Source: Vicugna vicugna
Taxonomy: Eukaryota
Assembly (NCBI GenBank): GCA_013265495.1
Contig: MU057700.1
Span: forward strand, 589,502 to 653,501
Length of the DNA: 64,000 nt
Direction: 5' to 3'
Notes under the pieces: generated by a model
Databases searched by the model: none
What the model was told of the DNA's origin: nothing
Seen by the model: only the letters and a program-made list of their open reading frames with translations
Made by a program: the position numbers and the translations under genes
Part shown: in pieces, positions 39,290 to 52,270 of the stretch
Numbering within the stretch: the stretch's first letter is position 1
Layout: each line of letters opens with the position of its first letter

Positions 39290-42200
39290 GATTTCTGGTC
39301 AAGATGGCAGAGTGGTAGGACCACGAAATTGCCTCTCCACATGACTACAACAAAACCACAACTGAATGCTAAACAGCCATCAAAAACAAAAGACTGGAGC
39401 CTAGCAAAAAAGATCTTCTGCAACTGAAAATATTAAAGAGGGAACCACAGTGGGATGGTAGGAGGGGTGTGCTCATGATATAATTAGGCCCATACCCTCC
39501 AGGTGGGCAACCCACAAACTGAAGAATAAGTCACAGAGGCCCTTCCACAGGAGTGAGAATTCTGAGCCCCACATCAGGCTCTTTAGCCTGCGGTTCCAGC
39601 ACTGGGAGGAGAAGACCTGAGGACATCTGGTTTTGAAGGCCAGTGGGGCTTAACTCCAGGAGCCCCATGGGAGTAGGGGAAACAGAGACTTCATTCTCTT
39701 GGGAAGTGTACACAGAATCTTGCAAGTGCCAGGTCCAAGGTTAGAGGGGATGATTTCATAAGAACCTGGGCCAGACCTGCCTGCTGGATTTGGAGAGTCT
39801 CCTGGGGAGGTAGAGGATGGCTGTGGCTCACCCAGGGGACATAAAAGCTGGTAGCAGTCATTCCAGGAGTTTTCATCTACATGAGCTTTCCTGGAGGTTG
39901 ACATCTTGATTGGATCATTAGCACCATGACCTAGTCCAACCAACAACCTATAGGCTTAAAGGCTGGGCAGCCTCAGGCCAAACAACATACTGGGTGGGAG
40001 CACAGCCCCACCTATCAGCAGACCTCCTGAGCAACAAATGCCTCTAGACATGACCATACCCACCAGAGGTCCAGGACCAAGTTTTACCCATCAGTGGTCA
40101 GGTACCTACTCGTCCTGCTAGGAAACTTGCATAAGCCTCTAGTCCAGCCTCATCCACCAAGGGGCAGATGCCAGAAATAAGAAAACTACAATCTCAAAGC
40201 CTATGGAAGGAATTTACAAACACAGGCCAGACCCTACAGTGGGACTGGCTGGATCCTGGCCCTTGGGTGACAAGAGAAGAGTGTGCTGTTGGGATGCATA
40301 GGATGTCTCCCATAGAGGGCCACTTCTCCAAGGTTGAGAAATCTAACTAACCTACCTAAAAATACAAATGGAAAGATAGACAATATAAGTAGGCAAAGGA
40401 ATATCTTCCAGGCCAAGGCACAAGATAAAATCCCAGAAGAAGAAATAAGTGATGAGGAGATAAGCAATATATCTGAATAGGAGTTTAAAGTAATGATGGC
40501 AAAGCTGTTCAGAGAACTTAAGAGTATAGATGCACAGAGTGAAATTTTTAGCAAAGAGGTGAAAAATATAGTCTACCCATATAGAGTTAGGAATAAAATC
40601 ACTGAAATGAACAACACACTAGATGGAACCAAAATAGACTATATGAGGCAGAAGAACGGATCAATGAGTTAGAAGACAGATTAGTTGAAATCACTAATGC
40701 AGAACAGAAAAAGGGGGAAAAGTGAAAAGAAATGAAGATAGTTAAAGAGAACTCTGGGACAACATGAAGCGCTCTAATACTCGCATTATACAGGGGTCCC
40801 AGAAAGAGAAGAGAGAAAGAAAGGACCTGAGGAAATTTGGGGGGAGATAATCACTGAAAACTTCCCCAACTTGCAAAAGGAAACAGTCACCCAAGTCCAG
40901 GAAGTGCAAAGAGTTCCACACAGGATAACCCAAAGAGGAACACACAGAGGCACATAGTAATCAAACTGACAAAAATTAACAGTAAGGAGAAAAGATTAAA
41001 ATCAGGAAGAGAAAAGCAATAAATAACATGCAAGGGGAACTTCCATAAGGTTATCAGCTGATTTTTCAGCAGAAACTCTACAGGCCAGAAGGGAGTGGCA
41101 TGATATAGTTTAAATAATGAAAGGGAAAAACTTACAACCAAGAATACTCTATCCAACAAGGCTTTCATTCAAATTTGATAGAGAAATCAAAAGCTTCACA
41201 GATAAACAAAAGCTAAAAGAATTCAGCACTACCAAACCAGCTTTACAAAAAATATTAAAGGAACTTCTTTAGTCACCAAACCACAAGAAAAGAGAACAAA
41301 AGGAAGAAAGAGGGGGGAAAAGACCTACAAAATACTGCTTTGGCAATTCGGGGTCTTTTATGGTTCCATATAAATTTTGGAATTGTTTGTTCCAGTTCTA
41401 TGAAGAATGTTGTGAGTATTTTGACAGGGGTTGCATTGGATTGTGGATTGCTTTAGGTAGTATGGTCATCTTGATGTTGATTCTTCCAACCCAAGAGCAC
41501 AAGATGTCTTTCCATTTCTTTGTATCATCTTCAATTTCCTTCATCAATTTTTTACAGTTTTCAGAGTATAGGTAACCTCCTTGGTTATGTTTATTTCTAA
41601 GTATTTTGTTGTTTTTGGTGCAATGGAAATGTTTATGCCAGTTATAAAATTCTGGTTTTTGAAATGAAAAAAAAAGTGAATAAAGGGCCACAGATGGCAA
41701 AATATTCTTCTTTTTTATGTATGAGTTGTATTCCATTGCATATATATGCTACATCTTTTTTATCCATTCATCTATTGATGTGCACCTGGGATACTTCCAT
41801 ATCTTGGCAATTGTAAATAATACTGCTGGTAATAGCAGGGTGTATGTATCTTTTTGAATTAATGTTTTTGTTTTTCTCAGATAAATGCCCAGGAGAGGAA
41901 TTGCTAGGCCATATGGTGGTTCTATCTTTAGGTTTTGGGGAAGCCTCTATATTGTTTTCCATGGTGGCTGCACCAATTTGCATTCCCACCAACAGTGCAC
42001 AAGAGTTCCCTTTCCTCCACATTCTTGCCAACATTGGCTATTTGTGTTCTTTATGATGATGGCCATTCTGATAGGTGTGAGATGGTGTCTCATTGTGATT
42101 CTGATTTGCGTTTCTCTGATACTGGTGATGTTGAGCAACTTTTCATATTCCTGTTGGCCACCTGCACTTCCTCTTTTGGAAAAATGTTCAGTTCTCCTGC

Positions 42201-42684
42201 CCATTTTTAAGTGGGTTGTTTGTTTGTTTGCTTGCTTTTTAATTGGAGTACAGTTGATTTAAAATGTTGTATTAGTTTCTGGTGTGCAGCATGGATGGAT
42301 TTGGAGGCCATTATCCTAAGTGAAATAAGTCAGACAGAGAAAGAAAAATACTGTAAAATATCACTTACATGTGGAATCTAAAAAAAAAAAAGCAACAAAC
42401 TAGTGAATATAACAGAAAAGAAACAGACTCACAGATGCAGAGAAGGAACTAGTGGTTACGAGTGCAGAGAGGGAACGGGGAGGGGCAAGATGGAGGAGGA
42501 GGATTAAGAGGTACAAACTATCAGGTATAAAATAAGCTACAAGGATGTACTGTACAACATGGGGAATATAGCCAATACTTACAGTAACTATAAATGGAGC
42601 ATAACCTTTAAAAATTGTGTATCATTATATTGTATACCTGTAGCATATGAAATTGTACATCAGCTATACTTCTACTTAAAAAAC
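39290..42684 (+). mobile_element. Composite ORF1-only (HAL1-like) L1 derivative, copy 2
   Basis: 5'UTR, disrupted ORF1 (about 40383-41272), antisense ORF2 piece 41333-41630, linker 41631-41685, antisense L1 41686-42215, short antisense L1 tail to about 42285, sense L1 3' end to 42684. Confidence 0.85.
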
Positions 42685-42709
42685 ATAGCATTGTAAAATA
42701 AATGCATTT

Positions 42710-43790
42710 TTAAAGAAGATTGGCAATACAGTGTTGATGATGTTGATCAATGGGAACTCTGACCCACTGCTGGTGGAACAGTTTGGCATTTCCTAGAAGA
42801 GGTAAACTGTGCATACCCAGCAACTCAGCACTTCATCTCTTGTAAACATATATACAAACCTAAATATATATTTCCTGCAAATATACATATTCACACACAC
42901 ACCCTAGAGAAATTCTTGCCCATGTGTCCTGTAGGATTTCTGGGAGCTCTGTTAGCAATAGGAAAAAAGTGAAAACAACCCATCTGCACATTAGCACAGC
43001 ATAAACAAATAAGTTATAGTATATATACATGATGGAATAAAATTTCACAACAGTGAAAGTGAATGAATTATAGATAACTACATGCATTAACACAGATACA
43101 TTCCAAAAACTTCATGGAGAGTGAGCATCACAAAAGAATACGTGTAATAAAACTGTAATAATACAAAGTTCATCATATATACTAAGAAAGAAGAGTGAGG
43201 ACATTTACCACCAAAGTCAGAAGAGTGGCTGTCTCTAGCAGGGGAGCAAAAAAGGAAGATGGAGGGTATATTCCAAGCTACTGGTAATATCCTGTCCTTT
43301 TTTTTCAAATAAAAATCTATTTTATTTTCTTGATGCTAAATATTTAACAAATATACTTGTTATAAACCCTCATAAATTCCCTTAAAATCACATATAGTGC
43401 AGGTCTACAGGCATATCTTGTTTAATTGCACTTCACAGATTGCATTTTTTACACCTGCATCTAGAAAGTCTATCGGTGCCATTTTCCCAACAGAATTTGC
43501 TCACAGTATTTCAAATCTTTTCATTATTACCATATTTGTTATTGTCATCTGTGATCTTTAATGTTAGTACTAGGACTTGTTGAGGGCTTAGATGATTAAG
43601 GTATGTATGTTGTTTTTTTAGACATAATGCTATAGCACACTAATAGACTATAGACTATTGTAAATATAACTTTCAGGAAATATCCTGTTCTTAAACTGGG
43701 TGCAAGTATACAGATGTTCACTGTACTATTGTTATGGAAACTGTTTATTGCATTATGTAAGTTTTGTCTATCTGTATACTCACATTTTGT
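42710..43790 (+). mobile_element. Old L1M 3' end interrupted by a retrocopy
   Basis: gggaactctgacccactgctggtgg...ctggtaatatcctgt | tcttaaactgggtg...gatgttcact. Confidence 0.7.
43300..43678 (-). mobile_element. Processed retrocopy of a transcript 3' end containing a Tigger1-type fragment
   Basis: 14-bp TSD aatatcctgt(c/t)ctt at 43286-43299 and 43679-43692; T-run 43298-43305; minus-strand AATAAA at 43321-43326; Tigger1-like terminus ta|caggcatatcttgttt from 43408. Confidence 0.75.
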
Positions 43791-43819
43791 TTCATCAAAA
43801 GGTGTGTGTGTGTGACAGG

Positions 43820-44050
43820 GCTATCAAGGGACAGTGTGAGCAGTGTGACAACTGGGGAAAGGCCAGGATGTATGGCAGCAGAGACGGAGTACCTGTCTTA
43901 ACCTGAAGTTGTGAGTAGATGTAGGAGAAGGCTTCTAATGTGCAAACTGAGAAGTGAATTGTGGATAGGAGTTCACCAGGCCTGGAGCAGTGGGGGAGTC
44001 TCCCAGGCAGCAAGAATATCATGTGCAAAGGCCCAGAGGTCACCTGGTCA
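43820..44050 (-). mobile_element. L2 fragment
   Basis: ccaggcagcaagaatatcatgtgcaaaggcccagagg motif. Confidence 0.7.
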
Positions 44051-44406
44051 ATGGGAAGAACCCTAGTCTGTTGGGTTTCACTTTCTTTTACCCCTCACTG
44101 TCTGACATAAAACATGCACACATATGTACACATGTGCATGAAAAGTAAGAAAGAATTTAACGTGTCAATCTCCCTTCTTCCTACCTCATCTCCTTTCTTC
44201 CTACCACACACAGACACACAAACACACACACAAAGTGTGCATAAGCCTTTTCTCTAGTTGTGCCTTTTTGTTCAACTGTGACTTTCATATTTCATCATTA
44301 CACCAACCTTTGTAATCCAGCTGTCATCCTCTGTCTGGTTTTCAAAGGTGGATTCTTGTGTTCACTTAGCTACTTGGCTCTAGTATTGCTTTGTTTGCCC
44401 TTCCAT

Positions 44407-44442
44407 TGGTTGGTAGGGTTGGTAGGGTTGGTAGGGTTGGTT
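44407..44442. repeat. 9-bp tandem repeat (ttggtaggg)x3
   Basis: Direct inspection. Confidence 0.9.
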
Positions 44443-47400
44443 GAAGTGAGCCCTTCTTCTTTCAGAGTACAGTGAAGACCTCCTTTGTAAGCTGCAATGC
44501 TCCGTGTCTTTACTCCAGACAGCACAGCTCAGAGTGACCCAGCTGCTGTGGCCACAGCATGGGGCCAGGTGGGGTCTTACCCTGTGCCCCTGTGAAAGAT
44601 GTCACCAAAGGAGATAGGGCAGAGCCTGTCTGTGGAGTCAGGGCTCCAGAGCAACCCTCTTCTCAGTGCTCGGCAGAAGTGACCCCACAGTGAGGTGAAG
44701 AGGCTTAGGGGCCCACAACCAGGGCTCAGATCCCCCTGGCCTAAGTTCCTTTCTGCCCCACCCAGGGCATCTCAAAAATCCCCACCCAATACCTAGGGCC
44801 TCAGATTGAGATCCATATGCCTTCTATTTGCTGTCAAGTCAACATCCACTGCTGAAGGAAAAAAATCACACCTTCTCTCCTCTGCCCCAAAACATCCTCC
44901 TTGTTCAGCCAAAGCCACTTTCCCAGTTCAAAGAGGCAAGCAGGGGCCCTTACTTCATGGGGATGGTTTGGGGTTAGGGGCAGCAGACCTGGCCTCAGAG
45001 CCTATCTGTAACAACTGGGGCGTCTGCCAGGCCTAGTTCTCATTCCTTTTCCAAGAAATGAGGGGAAATTCATTTCCTTTTCCAAGTCAGCATTTAAAGG
45101 TTTCTTCTCACTGCATTACTTTAATGATGGAAAAAACAAAAAAGACAAAATTATCCAAGACAGAGACACATGGCTTCCTTGACCTAAAAAGCAATCACAA
45201 CCCCCTGAACTGTAAATAATCATGACTCCCAAACAGTTCTAGGAGTTATCGCCACCCCAAATGTACATTTAACAATCAGCACCATGCACTAAGCCAGCAT
45301 TTGTGATACCTACTTTATGGGGAAGACCATTACAAGGATAGTTATTACCTTGATGAGAAAATGGATTTATGTATTGATAGAAAGAGTTATGGGAAAGGTG
45401 CTTGGGTGTCGGGAAGCAGACTTTTAAAGGAACTTGCCCTCTTGCTGTGACAGGCAGGGCTTCCACCTCTCCCTGGGTCTCTTGCTGGGTGATCTGACAG
45501 TTCTGTCCTCTCACTTTATTTCTGGTAAACATAGGTGGCCAAGACCACTTGAGACATGGATCTCTTTTTCCTGTGAGCTATCATTGCTTCTGGACAGTCT
45601 TGATCAGCAACCTTTCACCAAATACTGGATCATAAAAAAGACAAATAAAATACACATTACAAGGGGATTTTTTTTTCTTTATTCGAGCTAAGAACATACT
45701 CATCAACTATCAGCCATGCCCACATCTCTCCAAACTAAGATAAAACAGAACCATATCCTAGTCGCCTTCTTAGGGTCCATGAATTTCAAATTCAGTCCCA
45801 TGTTTCATTGAAATAGGTAGAGTCTGTGATGTGGATGAAGTGAGCAATTATCTTAAATAAATGCCTTTAAAATTTTAAAATACATCCTTCTTTCTCCTCT
45901 CCAACATACACATATTTCTTTTGGAACTGGACACTATCCAAGGTCAAGACAAAAGAAGTAGCCCTTCTGTAACATGAAGGGACACATGTCCTCTGTTAGC
46001 ATAACAGCTAGAGATAGGTGAGTCAGTGGTTCATTTTCATAGTGTAAACTATATAAAAGATTTTCTATTTCACTCATAAGAAACTATACCTGGAGTGGTT
46101 GTTACAAAGAAATGAGTAGCTAAAATACCAGGTTTGCTCTCAGCTTATAGCCAAGCCCCTATAGGAATAGCCATGTGACCATCCCATGGGAGACACATAT
46201 TTGCATTCCTTTATTGTGTTACCAAGGCAACATCAAAATCTAACCTCCTTTTTACCTTATTTGAGACACTAATGGGAAGTTTTCACCATGGTCTTTTATG
46301 GATCAATAAAAGCAAGCATGACTTCAAACAACAAAGGATTCCTAGCAGGAGACTGACAAATGGACAGCCCATCTCAGAATAGGACATGACCAACTCTGGG
46401 TATCTTGCTTAATAAAATCCATAGACAATTGTTACTGTTAATCCAATCAACTTGCCATGAAAAAGAAAAATTGTACATGTGATGTAAGAAAGCCTCAGGC
46501 AAGGCCACGGAAGGACAGAGTCCCCACCCTCCTCCTTACTAAGACACTTCCCGACCCCAATCAGCAGGAATCTCTGATGGAACAGATAACACCTGAGGAG
46601 CTCAGGCAGGAGTGTGGGTGCCAGGGAAGGTGGGCTTAGGAGACAGAAGGGAAGCCAAGAAGGCTGTGAAGACAGAGGGATTGCAGAGGAGGTGGTGAAG
46701 AGCCCATGGAGATAGATGTTTTCTGTCTTCTGAGGAAATAGTTGCAGGGGTTCTGAGACGGGGGGACATTAAGGACACACTGGTGATGATAGAGAAGGCC
46801 TCTTGGATCTCCTCCACCATGTGGACTCTTTTGTTTCAAAATCTGGGACTAACCCTCTGGGGCTCAAGGCTTAGCCCTCTGAGCTAATGATTCTCCCATC
46901 AGTCTTCTTTTTTCTTAAAGGATAGTACATGAGTGGTTTTATCAGCCCATTTCTTGCTTATAGAATTTGGGGGTGGGAGGGCCCAACAGCCTTCTTTCCT
47001 TTTTTTATTCATTTCATTTTTTATTCTCTCTATACTTTTCAGTCCAACCTGGCAGTGTTTCTGCTGGTGTAGCATCACCAAGCACCTTGTGAATCTCCCC
47101 TGTATGTCTCAGGGATTCATGCCATTAGACGAGAGAGGCCTTCGTAGAGCTTTCCTAGAGCTCAGTATCACCTTCAAGGGGGAGAGATTGGGAGCCCGCT
47201 ATCAACAAATGGCCAGGAGAAATGCTCACTTTCTTTGCAAGATTGAGATTTGCTTCCTTATTCAGAAATAGCAGGGCCAGGGATTAGGCACAGGCAGAGG
47301 GAATCCCACCACAACAGGTACTTAACCTGGAAGGCCCTCTCTGTCTCCTACAAGCAGGAAAGATCTTGTCACAACAGGTACCCAGTCAGGAAAGCCTCTT

Positions 47401-50400
47401 TGTCTTTGCAGGCTTGAGACTTCTCTCCCCCACTGAGTGACAACAGGCTGACAAGTCTAGAGAAATCCCTCAGCATTCCAGATAACAACAGGAGGGACCA
47501 AGGGGACCCTGGCAGCACCAGTTAAATCAAGCAAATGCAAATAACACCACAAAGTGAAAATTAAACTATCATTGGAACCGAAGCCTGCAAAAGTAAACCA
47601 GGACCTGTGCACTAAACCTAAAGAAGGTGACTGTATGATAAAATAGAACATTTAAATAGGAAACAGAGTCTTCTAATACAGTAGACAGAAATGCCCAGGA
47701 TATAATTTTTAAAATCACTCATCATACCAAGAACCAGGAAAAAAACAACTTGAGTGAGAAAAGATAATCAAATGACACTAACACTGAGATAAACCAGATG
47801 TTGACATATTCTGGCAAGTGCTTTAAAGAAGCCGTCATAAAAAAAAAATGCTTCAACAATCAATCATAAATAAAAAATAGAAAATATTCCCCCAAAAAAC
47901 ACTCAAAAAAGACTTATAAACACTCAACAACAGAAAGGGAAGGAAGGGAGGGAGGAAGGCTGGAAGGAAAAGAAATTCAAAGAAAAGAAAAGAGAATAAA
48001 AAATAAAAAGCATATACTAGCAAACAAACAGAAGTTGTAAAAAAGAACTGAATGGAAATTATAAAACTGAAAAATACAATAACAGAAATTTAAAACTTGC
48101 TGGATGGGACCAGGAGTAGAGTAGAGATGACGGAGGATAAAATCAGCAACTTGAAGCAGATCAACAGAATTTACCCACCTGAATAATAGAAAGAAAATAG
48201 ACTGGAAAAAAGTGAGGTCTGTGGAATAATAATAAAAGATCCAATCTCCATATTATAAGATTCTTAGAGAGGGAAAAAAGAAAGCTGAAAGGGTATTTGA
48301 AGAAATAATGGCTGAAAATTCCCATTTTGATGAAAGATATAAACCTACAGATTCAAGAAACTGCAATAACCACAAACAGGGTAAAACCAAAGAAATTCAC
48401 AGCAAGATAATTAAACTTCTTAAAACTAAAGATAAAGAAAAAATATTGAAAACAGCCAGAAAGAAATGACACTTTACCTATAAGGGAATGTCTATTTGAA
48501 TTACTGTGGATTTCACAATTGAAACTATGGAGGCCAGAAGGAATTGGTATGACATTTTTCAGATGCTGAGAAAAAAAAAGGGCTGTCAGCCACAAAGTCT
48601 GTATCTGGTGTAAATATCCTTCAAAAGTTAATGGGAAAGGAAGACATTCTCAGATAAAGGGAAACGAATAATTTGTCCCCTCTAGAGCTATCCTTAAAAA
48701 TTGGCTAAAGGATGATCTTCAAACAGGAAAGAAATTATAAAAGAATGAATTATGGAAGATCAGGAAGGAAGAACAAAAGAATAATCAGAAATATACAAAA
48801 AATAGACAATCCTTTTTCTCATAAATTTTATAAATCATTTTAAAGATTTAAATAAAAATTATAGTATTATCTGATGCTCAAGACTATAGTATATAAAATT
48901 AGGGAAAGCAAATGGACCTAAATGGAAGAAAGATTTCCACATTTCACTTTAAGTGTTAAAACACTGATACCAGTACTTGTAATAAGTTACACATGTATAT
49001 TGTACTATATAGAGCAACCAAAATGAAAACTATACAAAGAAGTACATTCAAAAGCGTATACATACATAAAAATGAAATACTAAAAACTATACAAGTAACC
49101 CACAGGAAGACAATAAAAGAGAAACAGGAATGAAAACCAGAAAAAAACAAACAGAAAACAAATAATAAATTGTCCAGCTTAAGTTCTAACATATCGATGA
49201 CTACCTTAAATGTAAATGCTCTAAATTTACAAATAGATAGGAAAAGCAGATTAAACAAACAAATAAAAATCCACAGTTCATCTACTATTTACCAAAAAAA
49301 CCCAAAAACCAAAAAGCTCACTTTAAATTCAATAACAGAGGTAGGTTGAAGGTAAATTGATAGAAAAAAAAAAACTTACCATTTGAACACTGGTTTTTAA
49401 AAAGCAGGAATGAAAATTAAAAATTAAAGAGCAGGAATGGCTATATCATCCAAGTTAATCTTCTTAGCTTCAGAGCAAAGATAATTACTAGAAACAAAAA
49501 GGAATATTACATAATGATAAAAGAATCAATCCACCAGGAAGTCATAAAAATTCTAAAATGTATATGAATCAAAAACAATGCCTTGAAATACATGAAGTGA
49601 AAACTGAAAGGAAAAATAGATAAATCAAAATTATAATTGAAGATTTCAATACTTCCCTCTCAGCAACTGTTAGTACTACTAGACAAAAGATCAGCAAGGA
49701 TGTAGATCTGAATAACACAGTTGGCCAACAGGATCCAACTGGTATCAGTAGAACACTCTACCCAAAACCAAGCAGAATATACCTTGTTTTCAAGTGTGCA
49801 TTGAGTAGACACCAAAATACCATACCCAGGGCTGTAAAAAAGCCACAACAAATCTAAAATACTAGATATCATACAGACTGTTTTCTCTGACCATAATATA
49901 ATCAATCTAGAAATCAAGAACATAAAGACAGCAAGGAATTCTCTAAACACATGCAAGTTAAGCAATCCAATTCTAAATAACCCATGGTCAAAATTGAAAT
50001 CCTGAAGTAAAATTTTAAAAATACATAGAAATGAATGAAAGTAAAGATACAGTATATCAAAAATGTGAGATGCAGCTAAAGCAGTCTGATAGGGAAACTG
50101 ATAGAGAAATGGTCTCAAAATACATAATCTAAGAAACTAGAAAAGGAAGAGCAATGCAAACCCAAAGCAAAGAAATAATAAAGACAAGTGCAGAAATCAA
50201 TGAGATTTAAAACAGAAAACAGTGGAGAAATTAATAAAATAAAAATCTGATACTTCAAAAAGTCAATAACATCAATAAAAGTCTAACAGTACTGACACAG
50301 ATTAAAAAAAGAAAATACACAAATCACCAATATGAGAAATGAAATAGGAAACTCACAAAAGATCCTGCACTCATTAAAAGGATACTAAGAGAACACTATG

Positions 50401-50443
50401 ATCAACTTAAGCTCATAAATTCAACAGTTTAGAAGAAATGGGT

Positions 50444-50564
50444 TGGGGGAAGTTACAGCTCAGTGGTAGAGTGTGTGCTTAGCATGCACAAGGGCCTGGG
50501 TTCAATCTCCAATACTTTCATTAAGAAATAAGTAAGCCTAATAAACCCACCAGCCCCGTCCAAA
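50444..50564 (+). mobile_element. tRNA-derived SINE (camelid type)
   Basis: agctcagtggtagag A-box, gggttcaatc B-box; perfect 13-bp TSD agaagaaatgggt at 50431-50443 and 50565-50577. Confidence 0.93.
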
Positions 50565-50902
50565 AGAAGAAATGGGTCAAAGAAGAAGTCTCAAAGTGAA
50601 GCTTTAAAAATGCATAGAACTATATGAAGTGAAAATAGTACATATCAAAATATGTGGGAGGCACCTAGAGCAGTGCTAAGGGGAAACTTACAGCACTAAA
50701 TGCTTGTATTTAAAATGGGGGAAAATCTCATTTCTCAAATGAATGAAAACCAGAGCTACCAAAACTCAACAAAGATGAAACGCATAATTTATACAATACT
50801 ACAACTATTAACAAAATTGAACTTTAAATCTGTAATTTTAAATCTCCTGAGCAAGAAACCTCCAGGCCTTGATAGTTTCACTGGAGAATTCTCCAGTGAA
50901 AC

Positions 50903-50947
<45 letters not shown>

Positions 50948-50962
50948 ACACATACATATACA
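50903..50962. repeat. (TA)n(CA)n compound microsatellite
   Basis: Direct inspection. Confidence 0.9.
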
Positions 50963-52270
50963 ATATATTCCCCTAAAATAGAAGAAACACTTCTCATTTT
51001 ACAAAGCCAGTATTACCACATAAAGCCCGACAAAGCCAGCACACAAAAAGAAACCTGCAGACCCATATCTCTCATAAACTTAGACACAAAGTTCCTCAAC
51101 TAATTGTTAGCAAACCAATTGCAACCATGTTAGCGAATGGGATTTATTCCAAGTATATAATGTCATCAATTATACCAACAGACTAAATCATGTGATCATA
51201 TAGCTGGTGCAAGAAAAGCGTTTGACCAAACCCAACACCCATTCTTGATAAAAACAAAACCCAGAAAACTCCCATTATGTTAGGAATAGAGGGGAATTAC
51301 TTCAGCTTGATAAAGAGCATTTTTATCATACCCAACTAAGATCACATTTAATGGTGAAAGACTGGATTCTTTTCCTTAAGATGTCCATTCTCACCAATCT
51401 TAATAGTTCTGGAAATTCTAGCTAGCGCAATGAATAAAGAAAAAGAAATAAAAGAATACCCATTGGAAAGAAAGATATAAACTGTCCCTGTTTGCAGATG
51501 ACATGATTGTCTACATAGAAAACCCTTAAGGAACCTCCTGAAAAAAATCAAGAACTAAGAAATGAGTTCAGCAACGTCTCAGGATATAAGATCAATGCAC
51601 AAAAATTATTTGTATTTCTATATACTAACAATGAACAAGTGGAAACTGAAATTTAAAATACACTACCATTTATAATCACTCCAAAGAAAATTAAATACTG
51701 AAGTACAGACTTCTTAACAAAATATTTACAGGATCCGTATGCTGAAAACTACAAACCGTTGATGGAAAAAAATCAAAGAACACTTAAATAAATGTAGAGA
51801 CATACTGTGTTCATGGATTGAACGACTCACCATTGTAAAGATGTCAATTTTCCTCAAATTGATTTATAGGTTTAATGCAATTCCTATCAAATTCTTAGCA
51901 AGCTTTTTTGTAGGCTTATGCTTCTCAAGCTTATTTTAAAATTTACATGAAAAGACACAGGCCCTGGAATAACTAAAATAGTCTTGACAAAAATAAAGTA
52001 AGAGGAATCACTCTACCTGATGTTAAGGCTTACTATATATACAGTAATCCAAGCTGTGTGGTATTGGTGGATGGACAGGCACATAAATCAATGAAACAGA
52101 ATCAAGAACCCAGAAATAGACTAATATGGATATTCTCAAGTTATTTTTGACAAAGGTGCAAAAGCAATTCAAGATAGAAGAACAGCTTTTAACAAGTGGT
52201 GCTGGAGCAATTAGGTATCCATAGTAAGAAATAAATCTTAAACTGAAACTTTATGCCTTATATACAAATT

